Of a DNA stretch of 64,000 nucleotides, positions 38,874 through 47,973 are shown in pieces. The first letter of the stretch is position 1; the number at the start of each line of letters is the position of its first letter. The position numbers were made by a program, and so were the translations under genes. The DNA lies in assembly GCA_050250895.1 (NCBI GenBank), contig JBFWNU010000001.1, positions 1,192,008 to 1,256,007 of the forward strand, in the 5' to 3' direction. Source of the DNA: Vulcanimicrobiota bacterium (GTDB taxonomy: Bacteria > Vulcanimicrobiota > Xenobia > Xenobiales > JADMJV01). The notes under the pieces were generated by a model that was not told the DNA's origin, ran no database searches, and saw only the letters and a list, made by a program, of their open reading frames with translations.

Positions 38874-39586
38874 TGAGTTCGCTCACCATCGTTCACACCA
38901 ACGATCTCCACGGTTGCAGCCAACCCCTTGAGCGCCTGGCTGGCGAGGCCCGAAGTCAAGCGGTCTTGCTCGACTCGGGGGACGCGATCGCCGGTTCCAA
39001 CACGGCCTTCTATCTTCACGAACCCAACCTGGCCAGAATGTCGCAACTGGGCTACCGCGCCATGGCCATGGGAAACCGCGAGTTTCACTACTTGCGCCGG
39101 GTTCTGGCCATGCGCCGCAGGGAGCGAAACTTTCCTCTCTTGGCGGCCAACCTGGTGGACTTGCGCGGCCAGTCCCAAGGACTTTTCGAATCTCACCTAA
39201 GCCTCGAACTGGCGGGCCTGAAGCTGGCGATCTTCGGGGCTACCGTCGTTCAGTACCCGGTTGGCTCCGGCTGGGAGCGACTGACCGGCTTTCGCTTTCT
39301 CGACCCCGAGCTCTGTCTACCCCCCCTGGTCAGACGGCTGCGGGGCGACCATGACCTGGTGATCTTCTTATCCCATCTGGGTCTGGATGTCGATCGCCGG
39401 CTGGCACCACGGCTCGAGGTCGATCTGGTGCTGGGGGGCCATACCCACGATCTGCTGGAGCAGCCAGAGAAGGTCGGTCGCAGTTGGATCTTCCAGGGCG
39501 GAAGCCACGGTCGCTATTTTGGCCGGATTCACCTGGATATCGAGGACGACCTGAAGGTGGCCTACGAGCTGGTGGCCTGTTCGTGA
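38873..39586 (+). CDS. Calcineurin-like metallophosphoesterase (5'-nucleotidase N-domain only)
   Basis: HTNDLHG, DSGDA, GNREF, LSHLG, GGHTH. No signal peptide and no C-terminal nucleotidase domain. Confidence 0.85.
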   Translation: MSSLTIVHTNDLHGCSQPLERLAGEARSQAVLLDSGDAIAGSNTAFYLHEPNLARMSQLGYRAMAMGNREFHYLRRVLAMRRRERNFPLLAANLVDLRGQSQGLFESHLSLELAGLKLAIFGATVVQYPVGSGWERLTGFRFLDPELCLPPLVRRLRGDHDLVIFLSHLGLDVDRRLAPRLEVDLVLGGHTHDLLEQPEKVGRSWIFQGGSHGRYFGRIHLDIEDDLKVAYELVACS

Positions 39587-40710
39587 AGAGAGTGCTGCTG
39601 GTGTCCAACGGGGCGGGCGAGGATGCCATCGCAACCCGGGTGGCAACTCACTTCGAGGGGCTGCAGGCTGAGGCTTTGCCGCTGGTGGGGCTGGGTCAAG
39701 CCTATCAGGGCGGCTGTTCCGTAGTCGGCCCCCTGCGCCGGTTTGCCAGCGAGGGTCTGGTGCGAGAGTCGGCCGGCAACTTCCTGGCCGATCTCCGGCA
39801 GGGCCTGCTGGCCCACCACTTGCGCCAGTGGCGATTCCTTCGCTCCTGCCGCGGTCGGTATTCGGCCGTGATCGCGGTGGGCGACCTCTTTCCGGTGGTC
39901 ATGGCCGCGCTGGCCGGGCTTCGGCCACTGATTTTCGTGGGCACGGCCAAGTCGGTCTGGCATCATGCCTATTCTCGGCCCGAGCTATGGTTGCTGCGCT
40001 GGTTCACGAGCGCGAGCCTGACCCGCGACGAGCCCACCGCCGAGCAGTTGCGGGCAGCCGGGCTGAGGGCCGCCTGGGTGGGCAACGCCATGATGGACGA
40101 GTTGGCCACTACCGACCTGGAGTTGCCGCTGGCCGGGTTGCCGGGGTTGGCCATTTTTCCGGGCAGCCGTGAGGCGACCTATACCGACTTTCCCCGCCTG
40201 CTGGCGAGCTATCAGGCCCTGGTCGAGTCGGGTTGCCAGGTGCAAGCGCTGGTGGCTCTGGCCAGTTCGATCGATGCCGAGCGACTGGCGGCCACCTGCC
40301 CGGCCTGGAGCTATCGACCTGAGGGCGAGCGACTGGTGGGTCGGCTCGAGCGCTCGGGCTTTCCGCCTGTGTTGTTTTGCCGCGGGGCGCTGGGAGACAT
40401 GCTGGCCCACTGCCAGGTGGCCCTGGGTCAGGCCGGCACGGCCAACGAGCAGGCGGCCGGGGCCGGGCTGCCGGTGGTGGCCGCGGCCGAGGGCGGCGAG
40501 GCCAATCTGGGTTGGTATCGAGGGCGGCAGAAGGGTTTGCTGGGCGAGGCCCTCAAGGTGGTCGAGCCCGAGGGGGTGGTCAGCGAGTTGAGGACGCTCT
40601 TTCAGGAGCCGGACGAGCGCCAGCGCCGGGGCGAGATCGGGCGCCAGCGGATGGGCCCGCCGGGCGGTGCTCTGCGCATGGCCCGGGCCATCGAGCGGCT
40701 GGTCGAGTGA
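39583..40710 (+). CDS. Lipid-A-disaccharide synthase-related glycosyltransferase (third LpxB-fold protein)
   Basis: GTG 39583 overlaps upstream stop. VSNGAGED.IA, LPLVG.G..Y, AVGD, GTAKS, GNAMMD, FPGSR and AGTANEQ match the cyanobacterial-type LpxB-related family. Confidence 0.82.
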   Translation: MKRVLLVSNGAGEDAIATRVATHFEGLQAEALPLVGLGQAYQGGCSVVGPLRRFASEGLVRESAGNFLADLRQGLLAHHLRQWRFLRSCRGRYSAVIAVGDLFPVVMAALAGLRPLIFVGTAKSVWHHAYSRPELWLLRWFTSASLTRDEPTAEQLRAAGLRAAWVGNAMMDELATTDLELPLAGLPGLAIFPGSREATYTDFPRLLASYQALVESGCQVQALVALASSIDAERLAATCPAWSYRPEGERLVGRLERSGFPPVLFCRGALGDMLAHCQVALGQAGTANEQAAGAGLPVVAAAEGGEANLGWYRGRQKGLLGEALKVVEPEGVVSELRTLFQEPDERQRRGEIGRQRMGPPGGALRMARAIERLVE

Positions 40711-41510
40711 GAATCGCCAGCTTTCTGGGCTGCTTGCTAGGCGCCTGGGTGGTCACCTGGTTGGGGCTGGGCACGGTCTGGGGAGACCCCCTTTTGCTGC
40801 TGACCCCGTCACGGGCCAGCGAGCCCCAGCGCATCACCTATCTTCTGGTCCTGTTCGCGCTGGTCAGCACCGCCACGGCCTGGCGGTGGCGTTGCAGTGG
40901 CCCTGTCTGGCCGGGGTTCGGGCGGCCTGCTCTGTTCGGGCTGGGATTGCTGGTAGGGGTGGTCAGCTCGCTGGTTCACCGAGGCTTGTTGTTCGCGGCC
41001 GGAGCCTATCACCCGCCGGCCCTCACGCTCTGGTTTGCCTGGATCCTCGTGAGCGTCAGTGTGCTGGCGGTGCTGGAAGAATCGGTTTTTCGGGGCTACC
41101 TTTTTGGGGTGGTCTATCAGGATCACGGCCGAATGGCGGCCTATGTAGGGGTGGGGCTGTTCTTTGCGCTGGTTCACCTCTTTCGGCCCGGCGGTCTGGT
41201 TTTCAAGCTCTGTTATGCGGTGGGACTCTTGCTGACGGCCTGGGTGCTCAGCCGGGTAGTCGAGCACACTCGCTCGCTCTGGGCCGCGGCCGGACTGCAT
41301 GCGGGCTGGATCACCTTTAACGTCTTGGATGCGGGCAAAGCCGCCGTGGCCAGCCCCATGGCGGGCTATCAGGGTGAAGTGGTGTCGGGCTGGTTGGGCT
41401 GGTTGCTGCTGCTGGGCTTGCTCACTCTGGTGGAGCGGGTTTTTCCCGCCGGGCCAGCAGATTGCGCTCTTGACGAGCCTCCAGAGCCCGTCGGCGCATC
41501 TCTTGCTTGA
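40707..41510 (+). CDS. CPBP (CAAX/Abi) family intramembrane metalloprotease
   Basis: EESVFRGY, FFALVH, SLWAAAGLHAGW, multiple TM segments. GTG 40707. Confidence 0.85.
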   Translation: MRIASFLGCLLGAWVVTWLGLGTVWGDPLLLLTPSRASEPQRITYLLVLFALVSTATAWRWRCSGPVWPGFGRPALFGLGLLVGVVSSLVHRGLLFAAGAYHPPALTLWFAWILVSVSVLAVLEESVFRGYLFGVVYQDHGRMAAYVGVGLFFALVHLFRPGGLVFKLCYAVGLLLTAWVLSRVVEHTRSLWAAAGLHAGWITFNVLDAGKAAVASPMAGYQGEVVSGWLGWLLLLGLLTLVERVFPAGPADCALDEPPEPVGASLA

Positions 41511-42354
41511 GCGGAATGGCCGGCTGACCCAGATAAGGCCCGGCCGCCTCGAGGCGTCCACTGGCGATGGCCCGTCCGCCTACCTGGATCATCGAGCCCA
41601 GTTCGGCCCGGGCCGCCACCATCGACTGGCCGGCGGTAATCACGTAGTCACCCAGCCTGGCGCCCGGCCCCACCAGCGACTTGGACACGAAGATGCAGTG
41701 CTTGCCGGTCTTCACGCCGGCCTCGACGGTGACCAGGTTGTCGATCTTGGTGCCTTCCCCCACCTGGGCCCCGGCCATTACCCGCGAACGTCCACCCACA
41801 TCCACCCGCGCTCCGAGACTGGCTCCTTCGCCGACATGGCTGCCGGCTTCGAGCAGGCATTCGGGCCCAAGCTGGGCGCCGGCTCCCAGGCTCACCCCGG
41901 GATTCAAGCGGCAACCCGGGCCAAGCCGGGCTCCGGCCCCCACCGCCACGCGCGCCACCAGTTCGACTCTCGCTTCGAGCACGGCCCCGGCCTCGACCAC
42001 GCACCAGGGGCCGATCCAGCAACTGTCGTCGACCTGGGCCTCGGCGTGGACAAAGCTGGTGGGATGGCGACCGGGGGGGTGAGGTCGGTGAGGATGGAAG
42101 AAGGCCAGGGCTTTGGCGAAGGCCACGCGCGGTTTGGCCACCACGATGGCCGGCTTGTCGGCCGGGGCGCTTTGACAGAGAACCGCTGCGGCCGGGCTCT
42201 GGCAAGCCCGCTCGAGGCTCTGGGCATCTTCGGCGAAGGTCAGGGTGGAGGCGTCGGCCTGCTCGACCCCGGCGACTCGCTCGATGGCCAGATGCTCGGG
42301 ACCGGACACGGTTCCGCCCACCAGGGCGGCAAGTTCAGCCAGCGTTGCGGACAT
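41422..42354 (-). CDS. LpxD-like protein with N-terminal uridine-binding domain but lacking the catalytic His
   Basis: MSATLAELAALVGG...IERVAGVEQA...LTF and VAKPRVAFAKAL (LpxD N-domain), hexapeptide repeats, KIDNLVTVEAGV in place of KIDNLVQIAHNV. Start moved to ATG 42354. Confidence 0.72.
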   Translation of the reverse strand: MSATLAELAALVGGTVSGPEHLAIERVAGVEQADASTLTFAEDAQSLERACQSPAAAVLCQSAPADKPAIVVAKPRVAFAKALAFFHPHRPHPPGRHPTSFVHAEAQVDDSCWIGPWCVVEAGAVLEARVELVARVAVGAGARLGPGCRLNPGVSLGAGAQLGPECLLEAGSHVGEGASLGARVDVGGRSRVMAGAQVGEGTKIDNLVTVEAGVKTGKHCIFVSKSLVGPGARLGDYVITAGQSMVAARAELGSMIQVGGRAIASGRLEAAGPYLGQPAIPLKQEMRRRALEARQERNLLARREKPAPPE

Positions 42355-42409
42355 CGGGGCCGGTTCGGGCTGGCAGGTCCGGGCCCTGCCTGGATTGAAA
42401 AACTTTAGT

Positions 42410-43399
42410 GTGGACGCGGTTTTGTCGGTGCAAGACCTGGTGGTGCAGTTTGCCACTCGCGAGGCCACCGTGACGGCTGTCCGGGGGGTCAGCTTTTCCA
42501 TCGGCCGGGGCGAGACGCTGGCCCTGGTGGGCGAGTCCGGTTCGGGAAAGACGGTCACTTCGCTGGCCGTGATGGGTCTGCTCGAACCGCCGGGGCGGGT
42601 CGCCTCGGGCAATCTGGTTTTCGAAGGACGCTCGCTGCTGGGTCTTAGCGAGCGAGAGTATCGCGGCTTGCGCGGGTCGCGCCTGGCCATGATTTTTCAG
42701 GATCCGATGACCTCGCTCAATCCGGTCATGAAGGTGGGTAAGCAAGTGGGCGAGGTGCTGCGCCTTCATCGTGGGCTTGCTCAGCCGCGTCAGCGGGTGG
42801 TCGAACTGTTCGCCGAGGTCTCGCTACCCGACCCCGATCAGCTTTTTGACGCCTATCCCCACCAGCTTTCCGGAGGCATGCGCCAGCGCGTCATGATCGC
42901 CATGGCCCTGGCCTGCGACCCGGCTCTGCTGGTGGCCGACGAGCCCACTACGGCCCTTGACGTGACGGTGCAGGCTCAGATCCTCGAGTTAGTCAGGGCC
43001 CTGCAGGCCAAACACCAGATGGCCGTGCTGCTGGTGACCCACGACATGGGAGTGGTAGCCAGCGTGGCCGACCGGACCGCCGTCATGTATGGTGGCTGCC
43101 TGGTCGAAGACGGCCCCACCAACCAGCTTTTTGAACAGCCGCGCCACCCCTACACCCGAGGGCTACTGGCTTCGGTGCCCCGGCTCGACCGCGAGCCCGA
43201 GCGCCTGGATCCCATCCCTGGACAGCCCCCCAGCTTGCTGTCCCCCCCTCCCGGCTGCCCCTTTGAACCCCGTTGTGCCCTGGCTCGTAGCGACTGCAAG
43301 GCACGGTTGCCGGAGCTGGCGGAGGTGGCCGAAGGGCGTTGGAGTCGCTGTTTGTTCTGGGAGGAGGTCGAGACGCTTGTCCCCGCTGCTCGAGGTTGA
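42410..43399 (+). CDS. Peptide ABC transporter ATP-binding protein (OppD/DppD type)
   Basis: [43 protein letters not shown]-terminal Cys cluster. Confidence 0.92.
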   Translation: MDAVLSVQDLVVQFATREATVTAVRGVSFSIGRGETLALVGESGSGKTVTSLAVMGLLEPPGRVASGNLVFEGRSLLGLSEREYRGLRGSRLAMIFQDPMTSLNPVMKVGKQVGEVLRLHRGLAQPRQRVVELFAEVSLPDPDQLFDAYPHQLSGGMRQRVMIAMALACDPALLVADEPTTALDVTVQAQILELVRALQAKHQMAVLLVTHDMGVVASVADRTAVMYGGCLVEDGPTNQLFEQPRHPYTRGLLASVPRLDREPERLDPIPGQPPSLLSPPPGCPFEPRCALARSDCKARLPELAEVAEGRWSRCLFWEEVETLVPAARG

Positions 43400-44330
43400 G
43401 GGTCTTTCGGTAACCTTTCGTTCCGGCGGTCTGCTGCGCCCTACCCGCGAGCTGCGCGCGGTCGACGATGTCTCATTGTGGCTCGAGCCGGGCGAGACGC
43501 TGGGTCTGGTGGGCGAATCCGGCAGCGGAAAGTCGACCACCGCCAGGGCTATCCTGCGATTGGTGCCGGCCAGCGGCGGAACGGTGCATTTTGCCGGCCA
43601 ACCTGTCTTCGCCCTCAGGGGTCAGGACCTGCGAGCTTTTCGCCGCCGGGCCCAGTTTGTTTTCCAGGACCCCTATTCCAGTCTCAACCCGCGCCAGACC
43701 ATCGGTTCGATTCTGGCCGAGCCGTTGGTGATTCACGGGTTGGCGCGCGGCCCGGAACTCAGCGCCAGAGTGGATGAGCTGATGGCCAAAGTCGGCCTCT
43801 CGCCCGACATGAAAAGTCGCTATCCTCACCAGTTCTCGGGGGGCCAGCGCCAACGGATCGGCATCGCTCGCGCCCTGGCCAGCGGCCCCGAACTGGTGGT
43901 GGCAGACGAGCCAGTCTCGGCCCTCGATGTCTCGATCCAGGCCCAGGTGCTCAATCTCCTCAGCCAACTACAGCAGGAGTACGGTCTTGCCGTTTTGATG
44001 ATCTCTCACGATCTGGCCGTCATCCGCCAGATCTGCCACCGGGTGGCCGTGATGTTCCTCGGCCGCATCGTCGAGATGGGACCCGTCGAGCAGGTCTGCC
44101 GCTCTCCCCGCCATCCTTACACCCGCGCTCTGCTCGACGCGGTGCCCTCGTTTTCCGGCTTTCAGGTCAACGCCCAGGCCAGTGCCCCGGTCGATCGTCG
44201 CCAACCCGGTTGCCGCTACGCTCCCCGGTGTCCCCTGGCAACCGAGGTTTGTAGGCAAGAGATTCCACCCCTGGCGGAGAAATTGCCTGGTAGAGTGGTG
44301 GCTTGTCACCACCTTCCTGAGGAAAGTTGA
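43377..44330 (+). CDS. Peptide ABC transporter ATP-binding protein (OppF/DppF type)
   Basis: [43 protein letters not shown]. Confidence 0.92.
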   Translation: MSPLLEVEGLSVTFRSGGLLRPTRELRAVDDVSLWLEPGETLGLVGESGSGKSTTARAILRLVPASGGTVHFAGQPVFALRGQDLRAFRRRAQFVFQDPYSSLNPRQTIGSILAEPLVIHGLARGPELSARVDELMAKVGLSPDMKSRYPHQFSGGQRQRIGIARALASGPELVVADEPVSALDVSIQAQVLNLLSQLQQEYGLAVLMISHDLAVIRQICHRVAVMFLGRIVEMGPVEQVCRSPRHPYTRALLDAVPSFSGFQVNAQASAPVDRRQPGCRYAPRCPLATEVCRQEIPPLAEKLPGRVVACHHLPEES

Positions 44331-44334
44331 GTAT

Positions 44335-46320
44335 ATGATGCAACCATTCTTGCGCTGGGGGACGATTGCCCTACTCACGGTGATGATGGCGGCCGGAGCA
44401 GGTGCCCAGCCCGGTAAGTCGCTGTTGCGGGTCGACAACCGCTTCCTGGACTCTCCCGGGAGTGAACGCTATCCTCAGGCCCGGGCCCTGATTTTGCTCG
44501 ATGACATCGAGTTCAATCTCTCCCCGGATGGCTCGGTGGACTTTAGCGAGCACGACGCTATCAAAGTTCTCACGGAAGACGGTGTGAAAGAACAGAGCGA
44601 ACTGGTTCGCATCTATGATTCGCGACTCGAGGGCTACGAATTGCGCGCCGCCCGCGTCATTAGCGCCGACGGGGCCGTCAGCGAGGTTCCCAAGAGCGAA
44701 GTGAGCGACGAGGCCCTGTTCAAGAGTTCCCAAGCCTACAGCGCCTATCGCAAATTCAAAGTGAACTTTCCCGGGGTCAAGCCGGGCATGGTAGTCGAGT
44801 TCGACATCGTCACCCACCGCAAGCCCCGCCGCGACAAAGCCTGGTGGGCCACCAGTTACGTCCAGAATCCGAGCCCGATTCTCTCTTCTACTTTCACGGC
44901 CCGGCTACCGGCTGGCACACCCCTGAACTGGTCTACGCCGGGGCTGGGCAGGCTCGAGCCCGAGAAGGCGACGGCCGACGGCACGGATATCTATCGGTGG
45001 GCGGTCAAGGACCAGCTCGCTCTCGAGCCCGAGCCCTCCATGCCTACCGTTTTGCAGGCCCTCAATCGCATCGAGATCTCTTCCTTTCAAGACTGGAAGA
45101 GTGTCGGTCAGTGGATCGACCAGGGTTGGCATCTTCAGGTCTCTCCTACCTCCAAAGTGGCTCTGAAAGCGGCCGGCTTGTTGCCGGTCGGCGGCACCGC
45201 TCACGACCGCGTCCAGTCGATTCTCGGCTGGGTCGAAAAAGAAAAAGAAGTGGTCGACTTTCTCAACGACGACTTCTTCCCTCGGGACCCTTCGCTGGTG
45301 GTCGACGAGCCGGTGCTGGCCAATCTCGACGTGGCTTCGTTGCTGGGTGCGATGTTGACCTTTGCCGGCTATCAGGTCGAGCCGGTGGTGACCTTCCCCG
45401 AACCGACCAATCGGCAGGGCGACGAGTTGCCCATGCCGTCGAAGATGGACGAGGTGGTGCTGCGCGTCACCGATGTAGCCGCCCATAAGACCTGGTGGAT
45501 CTCGCCGGAGCATCCCGGCGAAGTCTCCCTGTCCCCCCCCAGCGGGTTTCAGGGCGCCAGCGCCCTGGTGCTCGGCCGGGCTGAAGGTCTGGTCGATCTC
45601 GAGCGGGGCGAGGCCGACGAGAATCGTCAGGAGGTTCGGGTCGAAGCTCGGGTCGACCTCAACGGTCGCACCGAGATCGGTCTGTGGATCGGTCAGTACG
45701 GCGACTCGGGAACGCTCTGGCGCGAGGCCGCGCGCTCTTTGTCCGAGGCCAATCGGCGGGTGCGCGAACGCAATCTAGACAATCTTTTTGCTCGCCTGGC
45801 TCGCAGTATCTCGCCGCGGGCCCAGGTCCACGACCGCTATTTCGACCTGGCTCCCGACCCGGGGGCCGGCTTCGACATGTCGGCCACGCTGATCATCCCG
45901 GGTTATGTGGTCAAGGAGGGCAACGAGTTTGCCCTGCCACTGCCGGTGCAGTCCAACGAGCGACTTCGCGAACTGCTGGGCCAGGGTCTCAACCGGCGCT
46001 ATCCCATCCGCTTTGATCACCCGTTCCGCGACGAGACGCGGGTCCACGTGTTGCTGCCCGAAGGGTCGACCATCACGGCTCTGCCGCCGACTGTCTCCAT
46101 CGACACCCCGGCCGCCTCCTTCATCTCGCATACTCGAACCGCCAACGGCGAGGCGTGGTATTATAGCCGTTTGACCGTCAAGAAGCCATGGGTGTCCATC
46201 GACGAGCTGGAACCTCTGCTCGAGGTGGCCAAAAACATGGCCGAGTCCCAACAGTCGATGTTGAAGTTCACCCCGCCCGCCGGGGCCACCACCGAGATCG
46301 AGAGCGAGGAAGACCTCTGA
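44335..46320 (+). CDS. DUF3857/transglutaminase-like domain secreted protein, catalytic residues apparently lost
   Basis: Signal peptide, DUF3857-like N-domain (IKVLTEDG, FPGVKPGMVVEF), DUF3858-like C-terminus (RRYPI..., LPEG...LPP). Confidence 0.7.
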   Translation: MMQPFLRWGTIALLTVMMAAGAGAQPGKSLLRVDNRFLDSPGSERYPQARALILLDDIEFNLSPDGSVDFSEHDAIKVLTEDGVKEQSELVRIYDSRLEGYELRAARVISADGAVSEVPKSEVSDEALFKSSQAYSAYRKFKVNFPGVKPGMVVEFDIVTHRKPRRDKAWWATSYVQNPSPILSSTFTARLPAGTPLNWSTPGLGRLEPEKATADGTDIYRWAVKDQLALEPEPSMPTVLQALNRIEISSFQDWKSVGQWIDQGWHLQVSPTSKVALKAAGLLPVGGTAHDRVQSILGWVEKEKEVVDFLNDDFFPRDPSLVVDEPVLANLDVASLLGAMLTFAGYQVEPVVTFPEPTNRQGDELPMPSKMDEVVLRVTDVAAHKTWWISPEHPGEVSLSPPSGFQGASALVLGRAEGLVDLERGEADENRQEVRVEARVDLNGRTEIGLWIGQYGDSGTLWREAARSLSEANRRVRERNLDNLFARLARSISPRAQVHDRYFDLAPDPGAGFDMSATLIIPGYVVKEGNEFALPLPVQSNERLRELLGQGLNRRYPIRFDHPFRDETRVHVLLPEGSTITALPPTVSIDTPAASFISHTRTANGEAWYYSRLTVKKPWVSIDELEPLLEVAKNMAESQQSMLKFTPPAGATTEIESEEDL

Positions 46321-47198
46321 TCGAAGTTTTGGCTCCGGCCAAGGTCAACCTCACTCTCGAGATCGAGGCTCTTCTCCCCAACGGTTACCATCAACTCGAT
46401 ACCATCTTCAGCTGGTTGGAGCTGGCTGACCGCGTGGTGGTCGAGAAGGCTCCCCGCCTCGAGCTCGTCATGGAGGGCGAGGTGGGTGGTCTGGAGGTTC
46501 CCCACGACGAGTCTAACCTGGCGGTGCGGGCCGCCCGCGCCCTCGAACAGTTGGTCCGACGTGCCTTGCCCGTCAAGATCTGGTTGCGAAAGCTGTTGCC
46601 CGCCGGGGGTGGCCTGGGGGGCGGTAGCGCCGACGCGGCCGCCGTGCTGTGGGGGATGGACAGCCTGTTCGAATTGGGCCTGGGTCTGGCGGGCTTGAGT
46701 CCGGTAGCCTCGGCGCTGGGAGCCGATGTCTCCTTCGGGTTGGTGGGTGGGACAGCCAGAGGACGAGGGATCGGGGACCGCCTCGAGCCTTTGGCCAGCC
46801 CCGGTCGGGTGCCGGTGGTCTTGCTCTGTCCCCCCTTCGGATGCCCCACCCCGACCGTCTACAAGCTGTGGGACGAGTTTCAGCCGCGCCCGGCCCGGGG
46901 GACCACCCAGCGGTTGGCTCGAGCCCTCGCCCAGGGTGAAGTCAATCTGGTCGATTTTCTGGGCAACGACTTGCAGCCGGCGGCCGAGCGCCTGCGCCCC
47001 GAATTGACCGGGTTGCGGCAGGCGATGCTCGAGGCGGGCTGTCAGCAAGCGATGGTTTCAGGCAGCGGCTCCACCCTTTTCGGTCTGCTGGGTTCGGGCG
47101 AGGATCCCGAGGTGGTGGTGGGGAAGCTTCGGGCTCACGGTCAGGTGCTCACGACTCACCTGGCCGCCGAAACGCGAGCCAAGCATGAGTTTTCCTGA
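46317..47198 (+). CDS. ispE: 4-diphosphocytidyl-2C-methyl-D-erythritol kinase IspE
   Basis: APAKVNLTLEI, GYHQLDT, NLAVRAA, GGGLGGGSADAA, GADV, NDLQ, SGSGST. Start codon uncertain (CTG 46317). Confidence 0.92.
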   Translation: MIEVLAPAKVNLTLEIEALLPNGYHQLDTIFSWLELADRVVVEKAPRLELVMEGEVGGLEVPHDESNLAVRAARALEQLVRRALPVKIWLRKLLPAGGGLGGGSADAAAVLWGMDSLFELGLGLAGLSPVASALGADVSFGLVGGTARGRGIGDRLEPLASPGRVPVVLLCPPFGCPTPTVYKLWDEFQPRPARGTTQRLARALAQGEVNLVDFLGNDLQPAAERLRPELTGLRQAMLEAGCQQAMVSGSGSTLFGLLGSGEDPEVVVGKLRAHGQVLTTHLAAETRAKHEFS

Positions 47199-47973
47199 CA
47201 AAGTCGAAGTGGTGCTGCTAGCCGGTGGGCAGTTCAAGGATCTGCCGCCCGACGAGCCGGTTCCGTCAAGCAAAGGTTTGCTGCCCATCGGCGGCAGGCC
47301 GATGGCGGCCCGCACCCTGGACGCTCTGGTTGGCAGTGAGCGGGTCGGCCGGGTGATCATGGTGACTCCTCATTCGGTCGAGGAGTTCTCTGATCCGGCC
47401 TGGGAGGGGGTGGACCACCTCGCTCCCGCCGGCGAGCGGCTGATCGATTCTTTTCGCTCAGGGATGGAGAACGTGCTTGATCCGAGTATTCCAGCCATGG
47501 TGGTGGCCGGCGACTTGCCGTTCTTGACGGCCCGAGCCGTGGACGACTTTGTCGAACGCTGCAGCCAGCGCCCCGAGGCCGCCGTTTGGTATGGCTTCTT
47601 GAGCAGAGAGACTTGTGAGGCGGGCTTTCCGGGCATCCCCCACACCTGGGCCAGGCTGGCCTCGGGGACCTACTGCGGGGGCGGATTTTTCATGAGCCGG
47701 CCCGATTGTCTGAATACGCTCTATGCTTCGCTCACCGCCCTGACCTACGCCCGCAAGAATCCACTCAAGCTGGCTTCGTTGTTGGGCTGGGGGACGATTC
47801 TTGCTTTCTTGTTGCGGCGGCTCACCATCCCCGCCGCCGAGGCAGCCGTCGGTCGCCTGCTGGGCGGGCTCACCTGCGCCGGCATCGAGTCGCCCTACGC
47901 CGAAGTCGCATTCAATATCGATGATCAAGTTTCGCTCGCTGAAGCCAGAAGACGATTGGAGGGACCAAAATGA
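47185..47973 (+). CDS. MobA-like NTP-transferase domain protein
   Basis: VVLLAGG...KGLLPIGGRPM, AGDLPFL, FNIDD. Confidence 0.8.
   Translation: MSFPDKVEVVLLAGGQFKDLPPDEPVPSSKGLLPIGGRPMAARTLDALVGSERVGRVIMVTPHSVEEFSDPAWEGVDHLAPAGERLIDSFRSGMENVLDPSIPAMVVAGDLPFLTARAVDDFVERCSQRPEAAVWYGFLSRETCEAGFPGIPHTWARLASGTYCGGGFFMSRPDCLNTLYASLTALTYARKNPLKLASLLGWGTILAFLLRRLTIPAAEAAVGRLLGGLTCAGIESPYAEVAFNIDDQVSLAEARRRLEGPK

Noticed and set aside
41422-41510. Convergent 3' overlaps (also 22554-22618)
   Set aside because: Short tail-to-tail overlaps are common in compact GC-rich genomes, with no evidence of special function.
42355-42690. N-terminal extension of the 422-aa ORF 41422..42690
   Set aside because: Overlaps oppD on the other strand. 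LpxD similarity begins at ATG 42354.
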